Assembly (NCBI RefSeq): GCF_032191835.1
Contig: NC_083240.1
Span: 124,001 to 188,000, forward strand
Origin: Heteronotia binoei
Lineage: Eukaryota
Direction of reading: 5' to 3'
DNA length: 64,000 bases
In this document: one piece after another, positions 10,534 to 34,459 of the stretch
How positions within the stretch are numbered: the stretch's first letter is position 1
Layout of the letters: every line of letters starts with the position of its first letter
Translations under genes and position numbers: made by a program
The notes under the pieces: model-generated
What the model was told of the DNA's origin: nothing
What the model saw: only the letters and a program-made list of their open reading frames with translations
Database searches by the model: none

Positions 10534-11983
10534 CCTGGTTCCACTTCTCAGGACTCTTGTTGCTTGAAGGGATGGATGTGGCTGGTGTTTTTGGGCAGGG
10601 CTTGACCCTCCTGCCTTTGTCCTTCCAGCTGCTGAAAGAGTTTACTGTAGGAAAACTGAAGGCATTCTGGTTATCAGGCTAGGTAATTCTTGGCAAGGAG
10701 TCAGCAGGAATGTACCCTGCTTTGGCTCTCTGCTCCAAGCAGCAGAAGAAACAGAACTTCCAAAGCCATGCCCAGCCAGGCAGCATTGACTGGCCCTGCA
10801 TGGGCTTGCTTAAAACTCCTTCTGGCCACTAAAGGGGCCTGGGATCCTAGGGCCACTTCCCTTCGTCCCCTTGAATGCGGAAGGATGTTGCTAGGCCCTT
10901 GCTCTGTTCATTCGTCCTTCTTGTGGCTGCTCACTTCCAGGCTGGAGCCTCAGCTGCTCCCCTCCTCACCCCAGTGCCCCAGCTGGCGGTTTTGCTCATC
11001 CGCACACAGACATGTCCTGGCTGGGGTGAGGAACGGTGATCGTCTTCCTCTCCTGCAGCTGCCTGAAATGCCCCCTAAAGTCCTGCTCCTGGGAGGAGTC
11101 TTTGCTCTCTCAGATCCCCACTCAAAGAAAGCAACGGTCAGGAAAGTCCTCTTCTGGCTTCTTGTTTGACTGCCTGCCGGAAGGCCCTTCAAGGACCTCA
11201 TAGGGCTGCAGAACCCAAACGCAGCTCTGCTCTGGGGGCGGGGCTTGGAGGCCAGCCTTCTCTGCTGGGGCTCAGGGGAGGGTGTCTTCTCCCCTCGATG
11301 CAACCCCATGAGCCAGGAGGACTGTGGAGAGTGGGTTTGGTCAGCCAGCAGCTGCAGCAGGCATGAACCACCCCCTGGCTGGCTGGCTGCCATAGAGCTG
11401 CTCAGGTGGCTCTGTTTTTGGTGGGGATTATGGGGCACGAGAGGGCAGAGGGCAGCCTCATCTGCAGCACTGGGCAAGAGGAGCTTTCAGGTCCCTTGCC
11501 CGCCTGCTCCAGAGCCCCTCCCGGCCAGAGAAGCTGGGCACACTGCTGGCAGTCCTGATGTGGGTGAGTGGCCTGCTCCCTGTCCCTCCCTCCTTGTGGC
11601 TGTGCCTGGCAGGAGCCATCGCGGGAGGCAGGGGAGGTGTGGCGGCTGCTGCTGGTCTCTGTTCCGGAGACCATCAGCACTTCCTGCGCATGGGAGGCGG
11701 GCCAGAGCCGTGGGTGTCTGCAGCATGGGTGCAGGGCTTGAAGGGGAGGGAGGAGCAGCTCTTTGAGCCCAGAGAGCAGAGTCTGTCAGGTCTTGGACAT
11801 GTCCAGCTGCCTTTCTGCTCACCCCTCCCCAAGAGAGAGTTACGACAGTACAGATGGGGGGAGAGGTCCCTTGGGAGGCTGCCAAGGGCATGATCCTGGG
11901 GCGGGGAGGGGGCTCTTCCCTCAAGCACTGTTATTTGGGGGGGGGCAGAGTCACAGCAGCCGGGTGTTGTGAGGCACATGTGA

Positions 11984-23517
<11,534 letters not shown>

Positions 23518-24584
23518 TGCAGCCAGGAGTGGTCTCTTCTTCCCCCCACCGCCCCCACCGCTTCTGCTGACACAGTGACACCCCCCACCCCACCCCCCGT
23601 TAGCACTCTGTCAAGCAGGATGTGAATTTGGGGCTGCTCCCATCAATAAAAGATTCTAAGCAAATGGCACAGGTGCTTCCCTCCTCTTCACAGCCGGACT
23701 GAAGAAGAGACTGATTCTGCTGGGCGGGGGAGAAGAGGGAAGGGATTGGATGGATCACAGCAGGGGCTTGGCAGACAAGAGCACCATCACTTTTTCCAGC
23801 AGGGAGAATAACTGTTGGGGGGTGGAGGAGGGGTGAAAGAGAGCTGGCTGGGCAAGCAAGGGGCCTGGTGGTGGTAACAGCCAGCTGGCACTGTAGCAGC
23901 CACGCTTCCCCTCCCTCTGGAGTTTCCAGGGGCTGCGTCCAGCTCCCCAAAGCCTGGCTCCCTGGCCTCCCCTGGCAAGCAAGAGAAAGATTCTGTAGGA
24001 GGCCTGGGCAGATCAGCTGGGGAGCCTCTTCAAGGCACTGCCCAAAGCAGGCTGGCATCTGTGGGTAGTGGCAATGCCCCAACAGTCAGGTGCAGGGCCT
24101 GAGAGGAGACGGTTCCCCTGGGCAGCTGGCCTGCCTCATGAGGGGGGAGGGGAGCAGCCCCAGATGGCTCCTCCCCCCATTTCCCTTGCAGGCCTTGCTG
24201 GCTGGGGAATGAGCCATTCCCTGAATACCCAGAACACACTTGGGTGTCGTCTCCCCCCCTCCCCTGAAGTCCCTAGAGGCCTGGCCCTCCTCCAGTGGAG
24301 CTGTGGGGTTAGGAGGAGAGGTCAACCAATCTGGGGCTGCAGTTTTTAAAAAGGCAAATGCTTTCCAGGGGATTATTAGGAAGGGGTCAGAAAACCAATT
24401 GGCCACTATCATAAAGGCCAAGGTAGTCACCTGCACAAGCACCAGTCGTTTCCGACTCTGGGGTGGTGCTGCTTTCACAACGTTTTCAGGGCAGTCTTTT
24501 TACAGGGTGGTTTGCCATTGCCTTCCCCAGTCATCTACGCTTTACCCCCAGCAAGCTGGGTATCATAATGCCCCTGTAGCCTCA

Positions 24585-25070
24585 TTTGGAACACTCTGTG
24601 TACAATTCTGGTCAGTGCTCCTCCAAACAGATATTCTAGCATTGGGAAAGGTGCAGAAAAGGTCTAGTAAAATGATCAAGGGGGTGGAACACCTTCCCTA
24701 TGAAGAGAAAGTGATGCGCTTGGGGCTTTTTAGCTTGGAGAAATGATGACTGAGGGGTGACACAATAATGGTCTACAAGATTATGCATGCACTAGAGAAG
24801 ATAGAGAATGTATTTTTCTCCCTTTCTTGCAAAACGAGAACTTGTGTCCACTCCTGTGGGACCCACTGCAAGGTCTGCAAAGAGGGGCTTGGCTAAACCT
24901 ACGGAGCAGAGGTCCATTAGTGGCTATGAGCCACAAGGGATAGCTGGAGCACTCTGTGCTCTTGATGGCCACAATGGGAGGGCTTCTGAGGTTGTTGGGC
25001 TGGATGGGCCAACATGGATTCTCTGGCGTTCTTTGAAGGAGGCTGCGGGCCCACGGGCAAGAAGCCACAG
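24585..25070 (+). mobile_element. CR1 LINE 3' fragment (decayed)
   Basis: CVQFWS...KVQKRSSKMIKGVEHLPYEEKVMRLGLFSLEK followed by a CR1-like 3' UTR. Confidence 0.75.
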
Positions 25071-25949
25071 GAATTAGCCGTGGCTGTTCTGGGCCGGTAG
25101 CTTGGCCACAGCCTGTGGGTACAGGGGCTAGCAGCTGCAAGAGACAGTGGCCTTACCATGGGGAGAGGGCAGCCTCTTGCCAAAGCCATGCCACTTAAAA
25201 GCATCCAACTGCTCTCAGGACTTCCAGGGAGGAGAGACTTTGGGGTGAGATCTGCTGTGCGGGAAGGGCGGGAGGGGGTGCTCACACCCTTCCCACTGTG
25301 AGTAATGTGATGCAGGGGCATTGCTCACCATGTTACAAAATCGGGTTGTGTTGCAGTTTTAAACTAAGCTTGCTCAGCTGCCCTCTGGTCTGGTTCCTTA
25401 TTCTAGAAACGGGGTGGTGTGTGTGTGTGGTGGGGAGGGGGGTTAAACGCAAACCTGGGCGTTATTAACTCATAGTGGGGCCAGCGGTGTGTTGAGCTGC
25501 GCTGCCTCAAATAGCCAGGCAGAAACGTTCTTTGTGCGCTGGGGGTGAGCCTGGGCTTGTCGCGGGCCCTCACACGCATTGTGGCAAAGAAGGACTCCTC
25601 CTCAGCCTTGAGAATGCGGACGCCTCTTGTGCCCCCTTCCCCCTTTGTGCGTGGAGTAGGCCGGAGATCCGAAGACAGTCCGGCAGCCTTAAGTTCTGAC
25701 TCTTGCGGCAACCTTCTGCAAGCCAGACCGAGGCGGCGGCGGCGGCTACGAAAGCTTGGAGAGAAGTGTGAGTGGCCCAAGGTCACCCGGCTGGCTGCAT
25801 GTAGAGAAGTGCAGGCTGGGCCCCAGTTCCTCGCCCCCCCCGGGCTCCCTGCTGCGGGAGAGGAGAGAAGGCTGCGCCGGTGGGCCTTCCACGTGGGGGG
25901 GTCCCGTGGGTGCTGCGGAGTCGCCCCCTCCCCGCTACGACACAGGCAG

Positions 25950-26210
25950 GGCGCCCATACAGCCTGGGCCCTGTTTGCGCCTGCGCTACTGGGCGCGCCT
26001 GGATGACGCCACGACGCCGGAGCGCGGCGGGGCGGAAGTGCGTGAGGCGAGGGGCCGCGGGGCGCGTGAGGGTGGGGGGAGCGTGTCCGGCGCGGATTGT
26101 GTTGCCAACCTCCAGGCGGGGGCTGGAGATCTCCCGGGATGCCATCTGCTCTCCTGCGCTTGTGCGCATGACTGGCCGGGAGGGAGATCGGCCTCCCTTC
26201 GCCCCGCCAT
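25950..26210 (+). promoter_or_regulatory. CPLANE2 CpG-island promoter region
   Basis: CpG-rich sequence directly 5' of the ATG, with GC box plus ETS (ggcggggcggaagtg, ~26027-26041), a GTTGCCAAC RFX-like half site (26101-26109) and TGCGCATG (26163-26170). Confidence 0.5.
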
Positions 26211-29200
26211 GCTCGTGCCCCCCGGATCCGTGGTGGTGCTGGACTGGCACAAGAGCCCAGAGGCCGAGCGCTACTTTGCGACTGTCCTGCAGCGGCGGCA
26301 GAAGCGCAGAGCCTTTGGTGAGGGGGAGGAGGCGGGAGGCGGAGGCGGCCCTTGCAGGAGGGAGAGAGAGAAGGCGGGCTGCCCCCCACCGCCCCAGAGA
26401 AGGGAGGGAGGAGGGAGGGAGGGAAGGCAGGGTGCGGCCCTTGCAGGAGGGAGGGAGGGAGAGAAGGCAGGCTGCCCCCCACCGCCCCAGAGAAGGGAGG
26501 GAGGAGGGAGGGAGGGAAGGCAGGGTGCGGCCCTTGCAGGAGGGAGGGAGGGAGAGAAGGCAGGCTGCCCCCCACCGCCCCAGCAGGAGGTAGGGAGAGA
26601 AGGCAGGAGGCGGAGGCGGCCCTTGCAGGAGGGAGGGAGGGAAGGCAGGCTGCCCCCCACCGCCCCAGAGAAGGGAGGGAGGAGGGAGGGAGGGAAGGCA
26701 GGCTGCCCCCCACCGCCCCAGCAGGAGGGAGGGAGGGAGGGCAGGAGGCGGAGGCGGCCCTTGCAGGAGGGAGGGAGGGAGGGAGAGAAGGCGGGCTGCC
26801 CCCCACCGCCCCAGAGAAGGGAGGGAGGAGGGAGGGAGGGAAGGCAGGCTGCCCCCCACCGCCCCAGCAGGAGGGAGGGAGGGAAGGCGGGCTGCCCCCC
26901 ACCGCCCCAGAGAAGGGAGGGAGGAGGGAGGGAGGGAAGGCAGGCTGCCCCCCACCGCCCCAGCAGGAGGGAGGGAGGGAGGGAGGGAAGGCAGGGTGCC
27001 CCCCACCGCCCCAGAGAAGGGAGGGAGGAGGGAGGGAGGGAAGGCAGGCTGCCCCCCACCGCCCCAGCAGGAGGGAGGGAGGGAAGGCGGGCTGCCCCCC
27101 ACCGCCCCAGAGAAGGGAGGGAGGAGGGAGGGAGGGAAGGCAGGCTGCCCCCCACCGCCCCAGCAGGAGGGAGGGAGGGAGGGAGGGAAGGCAGGGTGCC
27201 CCCCACCGCCCCAGAGAAGGGAGGGAGGAGGGAGGGAGGGAAGGCAGGCTGCCCCCCACCGCCCCAGCAGGAGGGAGGGAGGGAGGGAGGGAAGGCAGGG
27301 TGCCCCCCACCGCCCCAGAGAAGGGAGGGAGGAGGGAGGGAGGGAAGGCAGGCTGCCCCCCACCGCCCCAGCAGGAGGGAGGGAGGGAGGGAGGGAAGGC
27401 AGGGTGCCCCCCACCGCCCCAGAGAAGGGAGGGAGGAGGGAGGGAGGGAAGGCGGGCTGCCCCCCACCGCCCCAGCAGGAGGGAGGGAGGGAGGGAGGGA
27501 AGGCAGGGTGCCCCCCACCGCCCCAGAGAAGGGAGGGAGGAGGGAGGGAGGGAAGGCAGGCTGCCCCCCACCGCCCCAGCAGGAGGGAGGGAGGGAGGGA
27601 AGGCAGGCTGCCCCCCACCGCCCCAGAGAAGGGAGGGAGGAGGGAGGGAGGGAAGGCAGGCTGCCCCCCACCGCCCCAGCAGGAGGGAGGGAGGGAGGGC
27701 AGGAGGCGGAGGCGGCCCTTGCAGGAGGGAGAGAGAGAAGGCGGGCTGCCCCCCACCGCCCCAGAGAAGGGAGGGAGGAGGGAGGGAAGGCAGGGTGCGG
27801 CCCTTGCAGGAGGGAGGGAGGGAGAGAAGGCAGGCTGCCCCCCACCGCCCCAGCAGGAGGGAGGGAGGGAAGGCAGGAGGCGGAGGCGGCCCTTGCAGGA
27901 GGGAGAGAGAGAAGGCGGGCTGCCCCCCACCGCCCCAGAGAAGGGAGGGAGGAGGGAGGGAAGGCAGGGTGCGGCCCTTGCAGGAGGGAGGGAGGGAGAG
28001 AAGGCAGGCTGCCCCCCACCGCCCCAGCAGGAGGGAGGGAGGGAAGGCAGGAGGCGGAGGCGGCCCTTGCAGGAGGGAGAGAGAGAAGGCGGGCTGCCCC
28101 CCACCGCCCCAGAGAAGGGAGGGAGGAGGGAGGGAAGGCAGGGTGCGGCCCTTGCAGGAGGGAGGGAGGGAGAGAAGGCAGGCTGCCCCCCACCGCCCCA
28201 GCAGGAGGCAGGGAGAGAAGGCAGGAGGCGGAGGCGGCCCTTGCAGGAGGGAGGGAGGGAGAGAAGGCGGGCTGCCCCCCACCGCCCCAGCAGGAGGGAG
28301 GGAGGGAGGGAGGGAAGGCAGGGTGCCCCCCACCGCCCCAGAGAAGGGAGGGAGGAGGGAGGGAGGGAAGGCAGGCTGCCCCCCACCGCCCCAGCAGGAG
28401 GCAGGGAGAGAAGGCAGGAGGCGGAGGCGGCCCTTGCAGGAGGGAGGGAGGGAGAGAAGGCAGGCTGCCCCCCACCGCCCCAGCAGGAGGCAGGGAGAGA
28501 AGGCAGGAGGCGGAGGCGGCCCTTGCAGGAGGGAGGGAGGGAGAGAAGGCGGGCTGCCCCCCACCGCCCCAGCAGGAGGGAGGGAGGGAAGGCAGGGTGC
28601 CCCCCACCGCCCCAGAGAAGGGAGGGAGGAGGGAGGGAGGGAAGGCAGGCTGCCCCCCACCGCCCCAGCAGGAGGGAGGGAGAGAAGGCAGGAGGCGGAG
28701 GCGGCCCTTGCAGGAGGGAGGGAGGGAGGGAGAGAAGGCAGGAGGCGGCCCCCAGCAGGAGGAAGGAAAGGCAGGGTGCCCCCCACCGCCCCAGCAGGAG
28801 GGAGGGAGGAGGGAGGGAGGGAAGGCAGGGTGCCCCCCACCGCCCCAGAGAAGGGAGGGAGGAGGGAGGGAGGGAAGGCAGGGTGCCCCCCACCGCCCCA
28901 GCAGGAGGGAGGGAGAGAAGGCAGGGTGCCCCCCACCGCCCCAGAGAAGGGAGGGAGGGAAGGCAGGAGGCGGAGGCGGCCCTTGCAGGAGGGAGAGAAG
29001 GCAGGGTGCCCCCCACCGCCCCAGCAGGAGGGAGGGAGGGAGAGAAGGCAGGGTGCCCCCCACCGCCCCAGAGAAGGGAGGGAGGGAAGGCAGGAGGCGG
29101 AGGCGGCCCTTGCAGGAGGGAGAGAAGGCAGGCTGCCCCCCACCGCCCCAGCAGGAGGGGGATGCGGAGGCGGCCTTTGCAGGAGGGGGGGCCCTGGCCT

Positions 29201-31193
29201 TGCAGACCTTGGGACCTCCACAGCTGGCTGCTGCGCGTGGGTGGCAGCCGTGCCGCTGGACAAGCCCTGTGCATGCTCAGGCCAAGGTCGATTCGCCTGT
29301 CGCTTCCCAGGGCTGCTGGAGAGGCCGGTGCTCCCACCGCCAGCCGTTGCCGCCACTGCCAGCTACAAGGTCTTCGTGTCAGGGAAGAGTGCGGTGGGCA
29401 AGTCTGCTCTGGTGGCCTCCCTGGGGGGTCTGCCGGTCCCCTCAGCCCATCATGAGACAACAGGTGAGGCTTCAGTTCCCCAGCCTGTCCAATGGGAGGG
29501 AGGGTCTCTGGGAGAAGAGACAAGGGAAAACTTCTGGAGGGAGTGCAAAGAGCTTCCTTTGCTGAAGGGCACTGAGAAGGCGGGTGAGTGAAGGGCAGCA
29601 GGAAGGGAGATCCCATGCAGCGCAGAAGAGGCAGCTGGAAGGCACACATGGGCCAAAGAGATTCTTTCCTGAATTCTGGGTCCTCGGAACTGCCGCTATT
29701 GTGTGGGTTTTTAAAAAGTCACGATAGGGCAAATTCCATATTTACTTGGGCTGCGGTATGTAAGCCACTGGATTCACAGAATCCTTCCTCAGACGCTTCT
29801 GCTCAATTAGGCGTTCTGCGAATTTCAGAAAGCATTCCCCTACAGCAGGGGTGGCCAACGGTAGCTCTCAAGATGTTTTTGCCTACAACTCCCATCAGCC
29901 CCAGCCAACATGGCCAATGACTGGGGCTGATGGGAGTTGTAGGCAAAAAAACATCTGGAGAGCTACTGTTGGCTACCCCTGCCCTACAAAGCTGTTTCAC
30001 GTATCCTGTGTCTGGTGTCATTTGGAGCCAGCGGAAGCACTTCTGAAGTGCTGGGAGCCGGACGCCTGTCTTTGTGACGCTTCCTGATATGTGCAGGCCC
30101 TGTGAAGTGGTTCTCTTGCAGGGATCCAGACGACGACCGTGTATTGGGCAGCCAAGCTGTGTGAGAGCAGCAGGCCCCTGTTCTTCAAGTTCACGTTCTG
30201 GGACTGCGGGGAGTCTGTGCTGAAGAAGTTTGATCACATCCTGCCGGTGAGTGCGGGGCAGTTGGCACCAAGAGGGAGGGAGGGAGGGAGGGGACCTTTC
30301 TCATCAGGGATCCTCGTTGCCCTCCAACCACCCCCAGGCCTGCACCCAGAATGTGGATGGCTTCCTCCTCCTCTTCTCCTTCACCGACCGGGCCTCTTTT
30401 GATGACTTGCCGAGCCAGATCTCTCGCGTGACGGATGGAGCTGAGAAGGCTGTCAAAATAGTCATCGGCACCAAATATCCTTTAATACTGGCACGCTCAT
30501 GACACTCTGCTCTGACACTTTTCTTAATGCTTCCCTTGAGAAGGGGAAAGTACTTTTTGCATCCTCAGAGCCACAGGATCACTGTAGAGGTGGATATTTG
30601 CCTATTGAACAGCTGAGACACACCCATTTGCCCGGAGAGGTCCATCTGGAAAGGTGCTGCTCCAGCTTGGTCTTCCTCTGAGGTCCGGGGGGGGGGGGGG
30701 GGCGGGGGCTACTCTACTAGTGATGGGGGGGCATGGTTCATATAGGGAAATGCCCAGCAGTGCTTGGTAGGCAGAGGGTCCCAGGAGCAATGCCAGGTAG
30801 CGTCTCCCAAATGACAAGAAGGTCCCTTCTTTGTGTGTGTGTGTGTGTATGTGTGTATGTCTGGGGCCCCGGAGTGCTGCTGTCAGCCATTCCCAGGAAG
30901 TTGGCAGGGGGTATCTGACCCTCAAAAGAAGGCAGCTTGACATGGCTGGAGGCCCCCTTCCTTAACTCCTCTCCAGGTTTGACCAGTTTGCACACACGGA
31001 CGTCACGGAGCGTGACATAGCTGCCTTCCGCCTCACTTGGGGGCTGCCGGTGCTGCGAGCAAAGAGCACCCGCCCCCCGGACAGCTGCACCGGCCTGTCA
31101 GACGTGGCCCACCTTCTGAACAGGCTTGCTGAGCACCTGTGGCGGCAGGACCAGTGGGCAGCGGGCCTTCTCCCCCCCGCCCCGCAGGCCTAG
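26209..31193 (+). CDS. CPLANE2: Ciliogenesis and planar polarity effector 2 (RSG1 small GTPase), 5 exons, 246 aa
   Basis: Exons 26209-26317, 29311-29463, 30122-30246, 30338-30474, 30977-31193 (741 nt, in frame). P-loop GKSAVGKS, FWDCGES, FSFTDRASFDDLP, VIGTKFDQ match recalled RSG1. Intron 4 is U12-type (AT...AG). Confidence 0.95.
26330..29190. repeat. Modular G-rich minisatellite filling CPLANE2 intron 1
   Basis: Shuffled modules gg(c/g)tgccccccaccgcccc, agagaagggagggaggagggaggga, agcaggagggaggga and gaggcggaggcggcccttgcagg. A 174-bp higher-order unit occurs three times (27721, 27895, 28069). Confidence 0.95.
29846..29981. mobile_element. Palindromic hAT-type MITE in CPLANE2 intron 2
   Basis: TIRs caggggtggccaac / gttggctacccctg; 8-bp TSD ccctacag / ccctacaa. 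Confidence 0.82.
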
Positions 31194-31799
31194 AATAGCC
31201 CCTGGGGAGGTTTGGCTGCCTTGGTCTTGGGGACCTCAGTGGCATGTGGCTGGATGAGAAGGCTCCCTGCTTATGCTTTCTGAGATGTGCCTTAGAATCT
31301 GGGTATCTCCTGTCCCCTGGGGTGGGTGGAAAAGCCACCCCCACTTCTCCTGAGCTGCAGAGCAGTGGTGTGTCGGGGGGGGGCAGCGTCACAGTCGGCA
31401 GCGGATTGCAGGAGAAGTGGGCTGTGTTCTCTCCCACCCACTTCAGTGCAGCAGGCTTTGCTTTGGGACAGGCCTGTCTGCTTGTGTGCCCGCGTAACGT
31501 TGCCTTGGTAGCAGTGCCAAGGAGAAAAACAGAGACGGGGAGAAAGACTGAGCAGCCAGAAGACACCAAATATCTCCCTTACTTCATGAAAAAATGCACT
31601 TGAAAAATACACAAAACACAAGTAGTATAAGAAAATTATCCATCTATAAGGCAAAAAAAAAAAATCAGAATACTTTGTTACTCATGCTATTTATTGCCAA
31701 TACATTCAAATGTCTATAAATGCAAAAGTAACCATATACCAAACCACCAATAGTAACCATATACCAAACCACCAAATTCCAGGCTTCCAAGAAAAATGT

Positions 31800-33060
31800 T
31801 AGCATGTTCAACACTCAAAATTGTATGAATATGAATTCTCCAAATGTGCATAAAGGTAAGTTCTGAACAGACTTTCTGTAGTTAAACTTCCTCTTAAGGT
31901 AGATATCTTTATCAAGCGATGCACCTGTAAACAACCCAAGAATGTGAAAATAACACCGGTAGCAGCATCAATATCCAACCAAAGGCAAAAGGTAGATGTA
32001 TGCTGCAGAACCTTCCTTACACAGGCCTTTACACTGAAGTTCTCATGACTATGCCTCAAGTGCAAAATATTTTTAATGCTTCTTTATCCAGAGCCTTGCA
32101 GCCTCTTTAACATTCAGGACACGATGGCTCCACTCTTCCATCAGGCTAAGAGCTCTCAGTGAAAATTGTCCCCACCCACACCCTTCAAATAGATGCAACA
32201 TCACACAGGTGCTTCAAGCAAGTCTTAAAAGGACAGTGTCAGATTACCAAAAGCAAGACATCATTTTGCTGGTTAAGACCTTTTGGTTCTAATGAATTAA
32301 ACGTGGCTAAATCTGGCTTCTTGTTGCAGAAGTATCTTTTTGGGGTGAATATTACTATACAGATGAGGCTTAACCTGTTGAATGACAGCAAATTTGAAAT
32401 CAGGAGATTGAAATGATTCCTCAGTGGGGCACCCCTGTGGCATGCTTAAGGTGTGAATCACATCACGTGCTTTGTGCTCCAGCACCCTCATCCTTGCTGG
32501 TCCTCATGAGCCATCTATGCAGAGCAGGGAACAGGGAAATATTATGCAGCAGATGGACCTCTCGGTCGGGCAACTGTAAAGTCCTTGTATAGAATTTTTT
32601 TTCCCCATTGGGAAGATCTGTAGTGGGAGCCTCCTATACAAATCTGCCTGCTGCACAACCTTCACAACTGAACATGCCTCTAGGTAATGTAGGTTCTTCC
32701 CTTCGTCTTTTATACAGAATATATCAGCCTGAACTAGTGAATCTCTCAATGTCCTAGTACGTCTATATGCTACTTTTAAGTTGTTGACAAGCTGGGGTCT
32801 CATGTAGACACTATCCCAGTGTCAGCAAATTATACTGGAAAGAGCTGGAGCCAAATGTGCTCCAAACCAAACCCTTTCTAGGCTGGAATGCCTTCCGTAT
32901 TAGGAGGCGCTCTCTGTCCTCCTGTGCTGCTCTAAGTCTTGATTTCTGCAAGGTTTTGCCAGAAGAGCATCTCTCTTGATTGACAGTTGCCCGATCAATT
33001 GATCTGCTTCCTGTTCGTAGTCTGTAGCACTGCTGCAATTGTGTGTTCAGTCTCAGATAT
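31800..33060 (-). mobile_element. Decayed Penelope-like retroelement (RT thumb plus GIY-YIG endonuclease remnant)
   Basis: Minus-strand fragments in the expected order: SRLRAAQEDRERLL, KVAYRRTRTLRDSLVQAD, SCPTERSICCIIFPCSLLCI (degenerate GIY), RVLEHK, FKFAVIQQV...LLQQEA. Stops and frameshifts present. Confidence 0.6.
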
Positions 33061-33160
33061 CAGCCAGAGGGAAAGTTCTCCTTCAAAAGTGATGGGTAAA
33101 ACAAGTCAAAATGTAAGTAGGTGTTGGCATCCATAGGTTCTCTGCACAAAGCATTACTGA

Positions 33161-33375
33161 ATATATGAATATATGAAGCTGCCTTATACTGAATCAGACC
33201 TTTGGTCCATCCAAGTCAGTATTGTCTTCTCAGACTGGCAGTGGCTCTCCAGGGTCTCAAGCTGAGGTTTTTCACACCTATTTGCCTGGACCCTTTTTTG
33301 GAGATGCCAGGGATTGAACCTGGGACCTTCTGCTTCCCAAGAAGATGCTCTACCACTGAGCCACCGTCCCTCCCC
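33161..33375 (-). mobile_element. Second tRNA-derived SINE family (CR1-like 3' tail)
   Basis: Minus strand: ggtggctcagtgg (A box), ggttcaatcc (B box), then gatggaccaaaggtctgattcagtataaggcagcttcatatattc tail. Confidence 0.7.
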
Positions 33376-33744
33376 ACTGGAGGATCTATAAGTCGCTGTG
33401 TATAAACTGGTTATAGTGGCCCTTGTTAAGGTAAACTGCTGCTTATAGTGGCCCTCAAATTTAATACTTTAATGTAAGCCATTGATCCACTGACACATAG
33501 TCCTACAGCTCCCTTGCGATAAGGTTTTTTTATTATTTGGCTTTAACTGATCTTAACTCTTCAAAAGTTTCTAAGTTTGAGGTTTTAATTTTTTTTTCAC
33601 TGTTACTTTCCTGAGAGCTGAGTATCTAAGGAATTTGTCTGAATGTTAACCAAGTTCCTCCCTGTCAAACTGGATAATTAGCCAGCATCCTCAGCGTCTC
33701 TCCCTAGAATGAAGGTAATCTTAGTCTGAACTGGCTTTGTTACG

Positions 33745-33898
33745 AGAGAGCTCTCCCAGCAGCTGCCCTTTCAAGGACAACCTCTGCCAGAGCTCTGGCT
33801 GACCCAGGGCCATTCTAGCAGCTGCAAGTGGAGGCGTGAGATATCAAACCTGGGTCTCCCAGATAAGAGTCTGCTCACTTCACCACTACACCAAACTG
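33745..33898 (-). mobile_element. Squam3-like SINE, 5' half
   Basis: Same head and body sequence as the 4788-5075 copy. Confidence 0.75.
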
Positions 33899-34459
33899 AC
33901 GTAGGTCAGTGATTGAAGAATGGATTTTTTTGAGGAGTCCAATAACCAATTGTTTTCAAAGTCTCACATAAATCAATTAGCCATATTTGGGGCACAAGAG
34001 CTACTCCTAGCTATGCCTTTTACGCTGTGCATAGAACTGTTCACCATACCTAAAAAAAATTGTGTTCTAAAATTAGATGAGCCATTTTCTCAAGCCTTAT
34101 TTCTTGGGGGGGGGGGGGTGAATCATGATGCAGAAGAGCTTGGGGGGGGGAGGTCGCAGCTGAGACGGGATGCAAGGAAGATCCATGGCTGGTGGTGAAG
34201 CAGCACGGGAGTACCAGCGTCAGCTGTGGAGACGAGGGTTGAGTCCAGAGTCAAATTTGATTCCGGCTGCAAGCGAGAGCGGAGAGACTTGGTGTGCGCC
34301 AGGGCTTATTTTGAGCACGCGCGGTGTTCCGGCTGGCTTGGTGTCAGGGGGCGTGGCCTAACATGCCAAGGAGTTCCTGCTGGGCTTTTCCTAGCAAAGA
34401 AAGCCCTGGGATGCGCGCGCCTTCAGAGCCATGGAAGCAGTGGCGGAAGGTCCATCGGT

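Noticed and set aside
25403-29649. Several 800-1300-aa ORFs on both strands
   Set aside because: They arise from the stop-poor CPLANE2 intron-1 minisatellite and are open in nearly all frames. Only the embedded CPLANE2 exon segments are real coding sequence.
33161-33375. Possible tRNA gene
   Set aside because: The A and B boxes are followed by a SINE body and a LINE-like tail, so it is a SINE head.
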